Counted from the stretch's first letter, positions 36,655 through 46,533 are shown. The stretch: 64,000 bases of DNA from Candidatus Woesearchaeota archaeon (GCA_018655525.1 JABIJM010000002.1:29827-93826); one strand, 5' to 3'. Numbers and translations are program-made. The notes: generated by a model from the sequence alone, not told the origin.

Positions 36655-36843
36655 ATGGAACAAGAGCAGACGAAGTCTCAGAAGGTGAAAAGATTCATAA
36701 AAGAAGTACAACGTGTACTTAGAATTACAAAGAAACCTAATAAAACCGAATTTGCAAGTATCGTTAAAGTAACGGGCTTGGGTCTTATAATCATAGGATC
36801 AATCGGATTTTTGATCTTTGTCTTAAAACAGGTATTATTTTAA
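36655..36843 (+). CDS. secE: Preprotein translocase subunit SecE (Sec61-gamma)
   Basis: 62 aa with a basic N-terminus and a single C-terminal TM (VTGLGLIIIGSIGFLIFVL). It lies immediately upstream of spt5, as is conserved in archaea. TTTATAAA at 36623-36630 ends 24 nt upstream. Confidence 0.75.
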   Translation: MEQEQTKSQKVKRFIKEVQRVLRITKKPNKTEFASIVKVTGLGLIIIGSIGFLIFVLKQVLF

Positions 36844-36844
36844 A

Positions 36845-37315
36845 ATGGAAACAGAAACTCATTTATTTGGTGTACGAACAGCAGCTAATCGTGAAGATCA
36901 AGTTGTAGACTACTTAATTTCAAAGTTAGAACGAAAACCAGCTGGTATTTTAGCTGTAATTAGACCTCATGGTATGCGTGGTTACATTTTTATTGAAGCA
37001 ACTTCTAAAGGAGATGCAGAATCAGCATTAATGGGTGTCCCATATGCACGTGGAGTATTAAAACACGAAATTCCTTATCCTGAAATTGAGCACATGCTTG
37101 AGCAAGTTAAAGTAGAAATGAATATCCATAAGAGCGATATCGTAGAAATCATTTCTGGCCCTTTCAAGCGTGAGAATGCGAAAGTAATGAGAATCAACAA
37201 GCAGAAAGAAGAAATCGTTGTAGAACTCCTAGAATCAGCTGTACCAATCCCAATAACAGTTAAGATGGATGCAGTTAAAGTTGTTCGTAGAGAAGACGAT
37301 TCTGATGACGAATAA
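36845..37315 (+). CDS. spt5: Transcription elongation factor Spt5 (NusG)
   Basis: NGN domain (LFGVRTAANREDQVVDYL...GYIFIEA) and KOW motif (SDIVEIISGPFKRENAKVMRINKQKEEIVVEL). Confidence 0.9.
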   Translation: METETHLFGVRTAANREDQVVDYLISKLERKPAGILAVIRPHGMRGYIFIEATSKGDAESALMGVPYARGVLKHEIPYPEIEHMLEQVKVEMNIHKSDIVEIISGPFKRENAKVMRINKQKEEIVVELLESAVPIPITVKMDAVKVVRREDDSDDE

Positions 37316-37652
37316 GAATTCTCCCGTAACTTACATCGGGATTGAGCTTTTTAATTCTACAGATTATTTATGTCCTAGAATTTTCACTCATTTAAGTAAA
37401 AATCCAGGAATTATGTCAGGTACTGGAAAGATACCTTCGTCCTTACGTAGAATTTCAACCATTGTTGACAGATTAATTGACAACCATACTTCTAATCAAG
37501 ATATCGTGGAAGTTGTAGAAACAATTAGTGGCAAGTATAGTATAAGATCTAATTCATCTGTTGTAACAGCCCATTTGTACATGGGAAATCCTTCAATACC
37601 TGCAAAGATAATCCATTTAGACACATTAGGGCAGCAAATTCTATTATCTTAA
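37305..37652 (+). CDS. Hypothetical protein (in the position normally occupied by rpl11)
   Basis: 115-aa ORF from MTNKNS that overlaps the spt5 stop. It has no L11 motifs. Confidence 0.35.
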   Translation: MTNKNSPVTYIGIELFNSTDYLCPRIFTHLSKNPGIMSGTGKIPSSLRRISTIVDRLIDNHTSNQDIVEVVETISGKYSIRSNSSVVTAHLYMGNPSIPAKIIHLDTLGQQILLS

Positions 37653-37711
37653 TTTTTAATTACATTTATAAGTTTTAAAATAATTCTAATCAAAAAAGAG
37701 GTGAATTAATT

Positions 37712-37933
37712 ATGAATTGTTCAAGTGGAATGTGTAAAAAATGTCATGGTGCTCATCATATTGTTTTAGGTGCTCTTTTACTCCTAAATGCATTTGTATG
37801 GCCCCAATGGACAGATTTAACTGGTTGGATTAGTTTCGTTGCTGTATTGATGGTAATTGGAGGTTTATTAAAACTTCTACACCCATCATGTGGTCATTGT
37901 GAAACTTCTTCAAAGAAAAAAGGTAAAAAGTAA
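37712..37933 (+). CDS. Small 2-TM membrane protein with CxxCH / CGHC motifs
   Basis: MNCSSGMCKKCHGAHH...two hydrophobic helices...HPSCGHCE. AGAGGTG lies 8 nt upstream of the ATG. Confidence 0.45.
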   Translation: MNCSSGMCKKCHGAHHIVLGALLLLNAFVWPQWTDLTGWISFVAVLMVIGGLLKLLHPSCGHCETSSKKKGKK

Positions 37934-37934
37934 T

Positions 37935-38783
37935 TTATTTAAATTTTATTTTTTTATTTTTCATATCTACTTCTTCGACACAATTAGAAAATCTTTTACT
38001 AAACAAATTTCGTGCAAGCTGATATACATGGCCTGCAACTCTTAAATCTCCACATTCTTGGTTGACGAAATTTGTACCTAACTCAAAATATCTTGAACTT
38101 TCAGGAACTACATCAAATTTTCTAAAAACTCTTGTCTTGAATAAATCTTGATCTCTTTTTACATCTTCAGCTTCAGAATCCAATACTCTTGTTCCTTCAA
38201 CATCAATAACACCAAGACCATTTTTTGAAGGGACATGACCGCATTGACCTTCTTTATGATATGTAAGTAGAACTTCATTAGGTAAAAGAAAAAAATGACG
38301 TAATTGTGGGTCACCATGAATAATTCCCTCTCGTTTTAAAATTTCACTCATGATGCCTGTTAAATACATCGTTCTATTTTCAACCCTAACTTCATCATCT
38401 TTAATTTGATAATCCTTTCTACGGGATCTATCAACTTTATTAAGTGCGTTTCCTGGACAAAAAAATTGCGTAAGTACTGAAGTTCGTGATTTATTATCTC
38501 CTTTATTTCCATATCCAAAATGTGTACTTTGAGGGGAATATAATGTGAAATCGCCTTGAAGCAATCTATTATATTCTTTTAATAATTCTGAGAAGAAAAT
38601 TGTAGAGAATGCTTCATAAATTGTGCTAGAAAGGGTTCTTTCTTTAGTTTTAATAATAAGGCCTTGTGATGGTAATAATTCTACAATTGAACTTTTAGCA
38701 GATTCATAATTTAATGCTAATTTTAAGGGATCTAATTTCTGATCAATAGTTTCAATTCCAGCCTCATGCCTATAATTTGTCAT
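37935..38783 (-). CDS. Kinase-like fold protein (RIO/Kdo/APH-like)
   Basis: IIHGDPQLRHFFLLPN (HGD..N-type catalytic loop) followed about 25 aa later by GVIDVEG (DxG/DFG-like). There is no clear glycine loop. Confidence 0.4.
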   Translation of the reverse strand: MTNYRHEAGIETIDQKLDPLKLALNYESAKSSIVELLPSQGLIIKTKERTLSSTIYEAFSTIFFSELLKEYNRLLQGDFTLYSPQSTHFGYGNKGDNKSRTSVLTQFFCPGNALNKVDRSRRKDYQIKDDEVRVENRTMYLTGIMSEILKREGIIHGDPQLRHFFLLPNEVLLTYHKEGQCGHVPSKNGLGVIDVEGTRVLDSEAEDVKRDQDLFKTRVFRKFDVVPESSRYFELGTNFVNQECGDLRVAGHVYQLARNLFSKRFSNCVEEVDMKNKKIKFK

Positions 38784-38849
38784 TTTAATAAAAATAGGAT
38801 TTTTACTTTATAAACTTTTCTAGAATTTTCACTAAAAAGTGACAAAGAA

Positions 38850-39164
38850 CTAATTATCAACCATTTCAATCTCAATATTAAGACCTTCTGGAATTGGGAC
38901 TCTCATAATAAGACGTAATGTTCTTTCATCAGCAGAAACATCAATTAATCGTTTGTGGATACGCATTTCATAACGTTCCCAAGAAGCTTTCCCTTCTCCA
39001 TCGGGAGACTTACGGGTTGTAACTTTAAGTTTTTTTGTAGGTAATGGAATTGGACCACGGAATGTAACACCTGTTTTATCTGTGATCTCTTTAATATCAG
39101 TAGATACCTTGTTGATCTTGTTAATTTCCGTACTTGCTAATTTTATTCTTGCTCTTTGTGCCAT
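38850..39164 (-). CDS. rps10: Ribosomal protein uS10
   Basis: ARIKLAST..., [38 protein letters not shown]. Confidence 0.9.
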   Translation of the reverse strand: MAQRARIKLASTEINKINKVSTDIKEITDKTGVTFRGPIPLPTKKLKVTTRKSPDGEGKASWERYEMRIHKRLIDVSADERTLRLIMRVPIPEGLNIEIEMVDN

Positions 39165-39287
39165 TGGTAATTTTTATTCATAGTGAGATCAATTCACCAT
39201 GATAAGTCTCTTTGGACCGTAGGTCCTTTATAAGCTTTTCCTCTAAATCCAAAAAGGATAAAAAAAATAAATAATAAAAACTAAGAT

Positions 39288-40589
39288 TTACTTAGCTGAC
39301 AAATCTTTCTTAACAACATCAATACACATTCCTGCTGCTACGGTTACACCGGAGTCACGGATTGCGAATCTTGACATCTGTGGAATCTCGCCGTTCTTTT
39401 CAATTACTAACGCTTGTACAGGTCGTAATCTAACAATTGCAGCATCTCCATTTCGTAAGACATCTTTGTTTTCTGTAACTTCTTCACCGGTTGCTGGATT
39501 TAGTTTCTTAACAATCTCAACAAATTGGCAAGCCACTTGTGCTGTATGAATGTGGAATACTGGTGTGTATCCAACTGTAACAACACTAGGGTGATTCATA
39601 ATTACGATTTGTGCAGTAAATTCTGTTGCAACAGTAGGAACATTGTCTGCTCTACCTAGAACATCTCCACGAGCTAAATCCTTCTTACCGAAACCACGTA
39701 CGTTAATACCTACGTTGTCTCCTGGTTGAGCTTGTTGATGTTGTTCGTGATGCATTTCAATTGATTTTACTTCTCCAGGAACTCCTTTACCTTCTCTACC
39801 TGGTACAGCCATGATTTTGTCTCCTACTTTCATGATACCTGTTTCAATTCTTCCTACTGGAACTACACCGATACCTGTGATGTTATATACATCTTGAATA
39901 GGCATTCTTAAAGGTAATTCAGTTGGTTTTTGAGGAACTTCAAATTTATTGATAGCTTCTAATAAGTTATCTCCTGTCCACCAAGGCATTTTCTCGGTTT
40001 TCTTCGCAATGTTATCTCCTGGTAAAGATGCAAGAGGTAAGAATCTGATTAAATCTGCTTTCCAACCTGCGGTTGCTGCTTCTTTTTTAACTTCTTCAAC
40101 AACTGCTTTGTATCTTTCTTCACTCCAGTCAACACCTGAAATGTCCATTTTGTTAACAGCTACTACTAATTGTCCAACTCCGAAGATTTTGGATAATTTT
40201 AAGTGCTCTTTTGTTTGTGCATTTACACCATCGTTTGCAGCTACTACTAACACTGCACAGTCTGCTTGGGAAGCTCCTGTGATCATGTTTTTAATAAAGT
40301 CTCTGTGCCCAGGTGCATCAATAATTGTGAATGAATGCTTCTCTGTATCAAACTTCTTGTGAGCTAAGTCAATTGTTACTCCTCTTTCCTGCTCTTCTTT
40401 CAAACCATCCATAACGAATGCGAATTCGAAACCTGATTTTCCTAACATAGCTGCTTTTTCTTTCAGCTTTCTCATAGTTTGTTCATCGATTGTACCTGCA
40501 TCGAATAACAAACGTCCTACAGTTGTAGATTTACCGTGATCTACGTGACCGATAAATACTAAGTTAATATGTTCTTTTTCTTTTGCCAT
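39288..40589 (-). CDS. tuf: Translation elongation factor EF-1 alpha
   Basis: [23 protein letters not shown], and NKMD. GGAGG lies upstream of the ATG. Confidence 0.97.
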   Translation of the reverse strand: MAKEKEHINLVFIGHVDHGKSTTVGRLLFDAGTIDEQTMRKLKEKAAMLGKSGFEFAFVMDGLKEEQERGVTIDLAHKKFDTEKHSFTIIDAPGHRDFIKNMITGASQADCAVLVVAANDGVNAQTKEHLKLSKIFGVGQLVVAVNKMDISGVDWSEERYKAVVEEVKKEAATAGWKADLIRFLPLASLPGDNIAKKTEKMPWWTGDNLLEAINKFEVPQKPTELPLRMPIQDVYNITGIGVVPVGRIETGIMKVGDKIMAVPGREGKGVPGEVKSIEMHHEQHQQAQPGDNVGINVRGFGKKDLARGDVLGRADNVPTVATEFTAQIVIMNHPSVVTVGYTPVFHIHTAQVACQFVEIVKKLNPATGEEVTENKDVLRNGDAAIVRLRPVQALVIEKNGEIPQMSRFAIRDSGVTVAAGMCIDVVKKDLSAK

Positions 40590-40649
40590 TTTACTTTAAT
40601 TCCTCCATTTTTACGAATTATGAGTTTTACTCTCTTGGAAATTGGGTGG

Positions 40650-40657
40650 TTTATAAA
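40650..40657 (-). promoter_or_regulatory. TATA box for tuf-rps10 (leadered, GGAGG SD)
   Basis: TTTATAAA about 61 nt upstream of the ATG at 40589. The minus strand reads ...AATGGAGGAATTAAAGTAAAATG. Confidence 0.5.
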
Positions 40658-40727
40658 GCTTACGGTGATTTAGCTGTATATTAAAGAAAAAATAAGAAGA
40701 AAAAGAATCAAAAAAAGAAATTTTACA

Positions 40728-41282
40728 TTATTTTTCATAAATTTGGTCTGAGAAATCTTCTTCTCTTTGAGCAAGTCCAACCATAAATGCTATTGGACTT
40801 AAAGTTAATCCAATCATAAGGATAGGAATACAATCAATCGCATATGATTTTGGAAATAATTGACGATATGTCATTTCGGTAGCTAATTTTCCACACCACC
40901 AAGAAGTATTATTATCAACTAATTCATCTAAATCTAACTCTATCATTTCTCCTTCAATCTCATCTCTTGCCCATCTACCAACTTGATATCCTAGTCCTAT
41001 GCCTTGTAATAAACTAGCATTAAAAATTTCATAAGCATTCCTTTGTTGCGGTGATAATTTTTCTCGGATTTTTTTTGGAAGTAAATGTATCTTTTTATCC
41101 CCTTCAAAAAAATCTGGATTAATTTCTGAATTCCATTCATTATCGTACATTGCAACAACTGCACCCTGTGGATGATGTGAACAACCTACATGTTCATAAA
41201 CTTTGATGAATGTATCATAAACTTTAGGATTTTCATCAATAATCTCTCTTAATCTTTTTTTGATCTCTGTGATATCTTTCAT
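40728..41282 (-). CDS. Hypothetical protein with C-terminal TM segment
   Basis: 184-aa ORF. Confidence 0.5.
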   Translation of the reverse strand: MKDITEIKKRLREIIDENPKVYDTFIKVYEHVGCSHHPQGAVVAMYDNEWNSEINPDFFEGDKKIHLLPKKIREKLSPQQRNAYEIFNASLLQGIGLGYQVGRWARDEIEGEMIELDLDELVDNNTSWWCGKLATEMTYRQLFPKSYAIDCIPILMIGLTLSPIAFMVGLAQREEDFSDQIYEK

Positions 41283-41349
41283 AAAATAAACTCAAAAGAA
41301 TTCCTATATAAATTTAATGAAAAAATAAAAATAAAAAAAACAAAAAACT

Positions 41350-42105
41350 CTATTCTGCAAGCAACTTGTCGATTCCTAATTTAAAGACAGCAAATGGTTG
41401 TGCTCCTGAAACTAAAACTCCTTTACCATCAGATGGACCAATGATAAATCCAGGTGTTCCTTTGATTCCTGCAATTATTCCATCTTTTTTGTCTTTTTCA
41501 ATTTCATCAGCATATTTTCCTGAATCTAAACAAGTGTTGAAATTTTTAGTGTTTAAACCTAATTTTGAAGCATATTGCTTATACGCAGTAACTCCACCAA
41601 CACCACCTTCAATTTTATCTTCAAAAATCATGTCATGCATTTCCCAAAACTTTCCTTGATCCGCAGCACACTCAGCAGCTTCAGCAGCTTTTGTTGCGCC
41701 AGGATGAGCTTCTTCCCAAGGAAAATCTCTGTAAACAATCTTTACTTTTCCTGTTTTCACATATTCTTCTTCAATTTGTCCGAGTGTTTCAACGTAAAAT
41801 TTTTCACAAAAGAAACATCCAAAATCACTCCACTCAACAATTGTTACAGGAGCATTCTTATCTCCTTTAACAGCATCATCATCTAATAAACTCTTCATAT
41901 CAACTGTAGGTGCTGGTGCTTCCGGTGTTGGAGCAGCTCCACCTTCATCAGAATCACAAATATTATTACTATTCTTATCTAAACAACATTCAGCCCCAAC
42001 TTGAATGTAAGGGTCGTTACAAACTACTTCACCACCAGTACATCCTGCAATAAAAATTACAGCAGCTAGAAGTGTAATCACAAATAAAACTTTCTTCATA
42101 TTCAA
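41350..42105 (-). CDS. DsbA-family thiol:disulfide oxidoreductase, probable lipoprotein
   Basis: Signal plus lipobox-like LLAAVIFIAGCTGG. A Cys-rich spacer precedes VTIVEWSDFGCFFCEKF (CxxC) and KVKIVYRDFP. Confidence 0.7.
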   Translation of the reverse strand: MNMKKVLFVITLLAAVIFIAGCTGGEVVCNDPYIQVGAECCLDKNSNNICDSDEGGAAPTPEAPAPTVDMKSLLDDDAVKGDKNAPVTIVEWSDFGCFFCEKFYVETLGQIEEEYVKTGKVKIVYRDFPWEEAHPGATKAAEAAECAADQGKFWEMHDMIFEDKIEGGVGGVTAYKQYASKLGLNTKNFNTCLDSGKYADEIEKDKKDGIIAGIKGTPGFIIGPSDGKGVLVSGAQPFAVFKLGIDKLLAE

Positions 42106-42171
42106 AACCTCCTCGTTTTCGTTTCTGTTTGTGAAGAAGAGATGTATATAAAGATTGTGTAAGAGTTTTGT

Positions 42172-42495
42172 CTACTTGTTATTTGAAAAAAATCCAATTA
42201 CAAATGCAAAAGGTGTTCCTATTAAACCAATTGTATTTCCTACAACTGTATCTAAAGTTGCACTTATTGGAAACTCACTTCTATATCCAGAAGTTACAAG
42301 AGATTCTTGAGTCAAATTAAGAAAACAATCATCTAAATTATTATTTTGTCTAGTTTCAGAGAATTTACTTCTCACATCTTGTCCTAAAAAATAGGCATAG
42401 GTAATTGGGCTCATTGTCTCTATTCTAAGAACATCATAGGCGATTCTTGAATATATTTTATTTTTGTGGATAAAACTAGGCACATATTCTGTCAT
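42172..42495 (-). CDS. Hypothetical protein
   Basis: 107-aa ORF with a hydrophobic C-terminus. Confidence 0.4.
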   Translation of the reverse strand: MTEYVPSFIHKNKIYSRIAYDVLRIETMSPITYAYFLGQDVRSKFSETRQNNNLDDCFLNLTQESLVTSGYRSEFPISATLDTVVGNTIGLIGTPFAFVIGFFSNNK

Positions 42496-42571
42496 AAAAC
42501 ATTATATTGGGTAACACTATAAAAATTTTCTTATATGTTCTCTCATTTTTTTTAGAAAAACAGTGATTAAT

Positions 42572-42871
42572 TTATAAACCATACTCACATAATTTTAGAT
42601 CATATGTTGATCCTGGCCGTGTAATAAAGGTATAATTCTTAACTAGTACCTTTGAACCTCTAGGAACATAGTCATCTAATTTAATATATCCTTTTGCCGC
42701 ATCACCATCTTCACACCTAACGAGAAATGTAGCTTCACGACTTCCACCTCCAATCAATAAAGCATGCAGTCCTTGAAGAACTACTTTTGTTGGTTGTTTG
42801 AATGAAGAACTTTCTAATAAATCCTTTATATCCCCTCCTCTTTTGATTCTTGGTATAATGGGTTTACTCAT
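42572..42871 (-). CDS. Hypothetical protein
   Basis: 99-aa ORF. Confidence 0.4.
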   Translation of the reverse strand: MSKPIIPRIKRGGDIKDLLESSSFKQPTKVVLQGLHALLIGGGSREATFLVRCEDGDAAKGYIKLDDYVPRGSKVLVKNYTFITRPGSTYDLKLCEYGL

Positions 42872-43013
42872 AAAATAAATTTAAGATTAATCTTTTAAAA
42901 ATGTTTCCCAGAAATATCTTAATTCTCTTATGCCCAAACAAACTTCCATGTTTTATAATAAAAAATCCTTCTCCTCCCAAAACCTTTAAAAACACCAAAA
43001 TATTCTCAAACCT

Positions 43014-44045
43014 ATGCTCAATGAAAAAAATGTCACACTTTTACGAAAGGAACTAGAAACCTCTAAAAATCCTTTATTTTACTATGATGCAGATGGAGAT
43101 GGTTTAGCAGCATTCCTACTATTATATAGAATTCATAGAGAAGGACGTGGGATCAGAATAAACACTTCTAACGTAAATATTCACGGCATGAGGAAAGTAG
43201 AAGAACTTGACCCCGACAAAATATTTATTCTTGACATCCCAGTCGTACATCAAGAATTCTTGGATAAAGCAAAACGACCAGTATTTTGGATTGACCATCA
43301 TCAACCTCTTCAATTAAACAAAGTAAAATATTTTAATCCAAGAATCAAAGATCCGGATGCATACGTCCCAACAAGTAGGATGGCATGGCAAATCTCAGAA
43401 AATCCAGCAGACTTTTGGATTGCAATGGCGGGATGTCTTGCAGATTGGCACCTTCCAGATTTCACAGATGAATTTATTGCACAATATCCGGATTTATTAA
43501 AACATAAAGATTTGACAAAAGCATCTTACAAAAGTAAAATTGGAATTTTAATGAAATTCTTTTTCTTCATTCAGAAAGGACCATCTCATGAAGTTCATAA
43601 ATCTATTAAAACACTTACAAGAATTAAATCACCTTACGAAATTTTGAAACAAGAAACTGCACAAGGAAAATTCTTATGGAAACGATTTCAACATATAAAT
43701 AAAAGGTATGAACTTCTTTTGAAAGATGCAAAGAAGGGCGTGACTAGAAGTAAAGTATTACTTTACCATTACTCAGAGAACCAATGGTCTTTCACTGCAA
43801 ACCTTGCAAATGAATTAATGGCAACGTATCCAAAGAAAGTTATTATCATTGCTAGAAGTAAAGGTGGAGAAATGAAATGTAGCTTACGTGCACAATTCAG
43901 AATTTCAGATGCTTTAGAAAAAGCACTTGTAGGAATTGAAGGACGTGGTGGCGGACATCCAAATGCATGTGGTGCAGTAATCAAAGAAGAAGATTGGGCA
44001 GTATTTTTACAAAAATTCAAAGAAGAAATAAAACGAGGAACATAA
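43014..44045 (+). CDS. DHH/DHHA1-family phosphoesterase (RecJ/GAN/NrnA-like)
   Basis: YYDADGDGLAA (motif I/II), FWIDHHQP (DHH) and GRGGGHPNACGA (DHHA1 GGGH). Confidence 0.75.
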   Translation: MLNEKNVTLLRKELETSKNPLFYYDADGDGLAAFLLLYRIHREGRGIRINTSNVNIHGMRKVEELDPDKIFILDIPVVHQEFLDKAKRPVFWIDHHQPLQLNKVKYFNPRIKDPDAYVPTSRMAWQISENPADFWIAMAGCLADWHLPDFTDEFIAQYPDLLKHKDLTKASYKSKIGILMKFFFFIQKGPSHEVHKSIKTLTRIKSPYEILKQETAQGKFLWKRFQHINKRYELLLKDAKKGVTRSKVLLYHYSENQWSFTANLANELMATYPKKVIIIARSKGGEMKCSLRAQFRISDALEKALVGIEGRGGGHPNACGAVIKEEDWAVFLQKFKEEIKRGT

Positions 44046-44046
44046 A

Positions 44047-44442
44047 ATGGTATATGCATTAATATTTTCATTTACAGGAATTTTGCTAGGGTGGTTACTT
44101 GCAAAAATAGCACCTGAAGAATTAAAACACGGACAAAAATATTTTCAATTATTAAAACAAGTATTATTTATTGCAATTTCACTTGCAGGATTAATTCTCA
44201 TGTGGAAACAAAATTCATGGTTATGGTTCTTTATTATATTGATCTTAGCAATTGGATTGTACATAACAAACTTGAAACATAAATCTTTTCCTACATCATT
44301 GTTTGAATATTTGTTGTACATTTTAATCTATGCAGCGACACAGATTGAACAAGGACAATTTTTCATAGCCGCATTAATTTTCCTTTACGGATTCCCGATT
44401 GGTTTAATGATAGAAAAACCTAAACCAAAAAAGCATGACTAA
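44047..44442 (+). CDS. Polytopic membrane protein
   Basis: 131 aa with 4 hydrophobic helices. It starts 2 nt after the preceding stop. Confidence 0.5.
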   Translation: MVYALIFSFTGILLGWLLAKIAPEELKHGQKYFQLLKQVLFIAISLAGLILMWKQNSWLWFFIILILAIGLYITNLKHKSFPTSLFEYLLYILIYAATQIEQGQFFIAALIFLYGFPIGLMIEKPKPKKHD

Positions 44443-45079
44443 GAAAGATCTTGAAGATACAATCAAAGAAAAAGTAAATCCCTTACTAGAAGAAACAATG
44501 GAAAAAAGTTGGGGTGTTTCTATCCCTAAACTTGAAACAGATATCACTGCGAAACTGAAAGAATCTTCATTGAATATTTACATCCCTTTAGGAAAAGGAT
44601 TTTCTGAATCTAAAAAACAATTCAAGAAAGAATTTCTGAAACAGGAACTCCGCTTACATCTTGGAAACATCTCCCAGCTTGCAAAAGTTCTTGACATGGA
44701 CCGGAGAAGCATTCATCGTGCAATTAAAGATTTCCATATAGATATGGATGATCTTCGACAACATGAAGAAACACCTGAACATTTCCAAGAAGAAGTGGTA
44801 GATAAAAAAATCAGAACTTCTTTAGAACAATATACGGGATTAATTCAAGCAGAAAAAATGCAAGACTTCTACAGAGAATTACCAAAACTTTCTCGGAACA
44901 TTGCAAAATTCCTTCCAAAACCAGACATGACATGGAAAGAAGCAGAAGCTGAATTTGAACGACAATTCTTGAAACGAGCATTAGAGGAACATAATAATAA
45001 TATCACAAAAACTGCAAAGAAAATTGAGATCAGAGTTGAAACTTTACATAGAAAGATTAAAAAACTACACCTAAAATAA
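44435..45079 (+). CDS. DNA-binding protein with two Fis-type (HTH_8-like) helix-turn-helix motifs
   Basis: LHLGNISQLAKVLDMDRRSIHRAIKDFHI (aa ~74-102) and ALEEHNNNITKTAKKIEIRVETLHRKIKKLHL (aa ~182-213). Both follow the NtrC/Fis C-terminal HTH pattern. Confidence 0.5.
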   Translation: MTKKDLEDTIKEKVNPLLEETMEKSWGVSIPKLETDITAKLKESSLNIYIPLGKGFSESKKQFKKEFLKQELRLHLGNISQLAKVLDMDRRSIHRAIKDFHIDMDDLRQHEETPEHFQEEVVDKKIRTSLEQYTGLIQAEKMQDFYRELPKLSRNIAKFLPKPDMTWKEAEAEFERQFLKRALEEHNNNITKTAKKIEIRVETLHRKIKKLHLK

Positions 45080-45086
45080 GGATGAA

Positions 45087-45485
45087 ATGGTTCAAACAAA
45101 CCTTGCAGAAAAATTAGTGCCTCCGCCGATTGATCTAGCAGTAAGTACTGCTCCACGTTATCATGGGTCTTGTCTTGAAATAAGAGAACATGAATTACCT
45201 CAAAATCAACATTATATTGGAGCATATGTCACACCTGATCATATTGATACCGATGGGATATTCCCTTACCAAGGAAGCTTTGTTAGTACTCACTTTCCTG
45301 AAATACACCCCTCTAAAATGTCTGATTTATTAAAAGAAGTTCTTAAAAACACAGAATTATTGGGTCTTACAACTACTAAAGATACAAGTCTTGTAAATCT
45401 TAGAAAGCATGGTATAACTGAATATTTATTTCCAATATCATTTGCAAAAAGAGTTTATGATGCATTGGATTTAACTCCTACTTGA
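45087..45485 (+). CDS. Hypothetical protein
   Basis: 132-aa ORF. Confidence 0.45.
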   Translation: MVQTNLAEKLVPPPIDLAVSTAPRYHGSCLEIREHELPQNQHYIGAYVTPDHIDTDGIFPYQGSFVSTHFPEIHPSKMSDLLKEVLKNTELLGLTTTKDTSLVNLRKHGITEYLFPISFAKRVYDALDLTPT

Positions 45486-45524
45486 AAACAAAAGAAATAT
45501 AAACCAAAAAACATTTCTTAGGTT

Positions 45525-45986
45525 ATGGCAAAAAAAAGAGGTACTAGTAAAAGTTCTGTTAAAAAAAATTCAAAGAAACATAATGGACATCCAATTAAAC
45601 ATGAAAACCATCCTCGTTTTCGTCAAAATTTATCATTTGGTCAAAGAGCGGCTGATTTTATTGCAACATTTGGTGGAAGTTGGACTTTCGTAATTTCTTT
45701 AAGTTTCATATTAGTATTTTGGATGGGATTGAATGTTATTCTCTATACCAAATTTGGCAGTACATTTGATAAATATCCGTTTATACTTCTCAACCTTGTA
45801 CTTTCAACCTTAGCTGCATTCCAAGCTCCGATCATCTTAATGGCGCAAGGACGTCAAGGAGAACATGATAGGATTGACGCAAATTATGATCATGCAATCA
45901 ATAGAAAAGCAGAACGTCAGAATAGAAAGATGATGAAAGACATTGAAAGTATGAAGCGAATGATTCGCGAATTAAAAAACAAATAA
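45525..45986 (+). CDS. DUF1003-family membrane protein
   Basis: FGQRAADFIATFGGSWTF, two TMs, YPFILLNLVLSTLAAFQAPIILMAQ and a C-terminal coiled segment. Confidence 0.6.
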   Translation: MAKKRGTSKSSVKKNSKKHNGHPIKHENHPRFRQNLSFGQRAADFIATFGGSWTFVISLSFILVFWMGLNVILYTKFGSTFDKYPFILLNLVLSTLAAFQAPIILMAQGRQGEHDRIDANYDHAINRKAERQNRKMMKDIESMKRMIRELKNK

Positions 45987-45987
45987 A

Positions 45988-46470
45988 TTAATCTATTTCT
46001 AATCCATTGTTATTATTATTATTATTATTATTTGGGATAGGATCATTAGGTTTACTAGAATCATTTATTTCATTTCTCTCTTTGAGAACTTTATCAATCC
46101 TTCCAATATTAAAATCACCATTTCCAAAAATATGTACTTGGTAATCACCGCCTCTGAAATAATTAACAACATCCTCAAAAAACTTTTTACCAACTCTCTT
46201 ACCGTGTTCATGAAGACCTATTCCACGAACACTTTCACTTGAATACCATCTACGTGGAACCCTTAAGTATTTAGTTATTTCTTTATCATTTATTTCATAA
46301 TTTGAAATTGTCATATGAATTAATGAATCTGAAGCTAGAATGATTTGTAATTTATGCATATAAGGATCAATTTTAGGAGGTGATTCATAAATTCCTGGCA
46401 TATCGTGATAAACAACTCTGCCTTCTAAATCAAATTCATTTGCTGCTCTAACTCCAATTATTCGTGACAT
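45988..46470 (-). CDS. Hypothetical protein with C-terminal poly-Asn tract
   Basis: 160-aa ORF. N9 is encoded by an AAT/AAC run, the (ATT)7 microsatellite on the + strand. Confidence 0.5.
   Translation of the reverse strand: MSRIIGVRAANEFDLEGRVVYHDMPGIYESPPKIDPYMHKLQIILASDSLIHMTISNYEINDKEITKYLRVPRRWYSSESVRGIGLHEHGKRVGKKFFEDVVNYFRGGDYQVHIFGNGDFNIGRIDKVLKERNEINDSSKPNDPIPNNNNNNNNNGLEID
46006..46032. repeat. Trinucleotide microsatellite (ATT)7 within an ATT-GTT-(ATT)7 run, encoding poly-Asn on the minus strand
   Basis: Read directly: attgttattattattattattattatt. It is in-frame inside the CDS 45988-46470. Confidence 0.9.
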
Positions 46471-46533
46471 AATTATTTTTCACTTAATTGTTTTATAAAT
46501 CTTTTCTAGAAAAAATAATAAAAAAAAATAAAA

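Noticed and set aside
39949-40362. 137-aa plus-strand ORF.
   Set aside because: It is antisense to EF-1 alpha.
41366-41886. Plus-strand ORFs 41366-41659 and 41575-41886.
   Set aside because: They are antisense to the DsbA-like gene.
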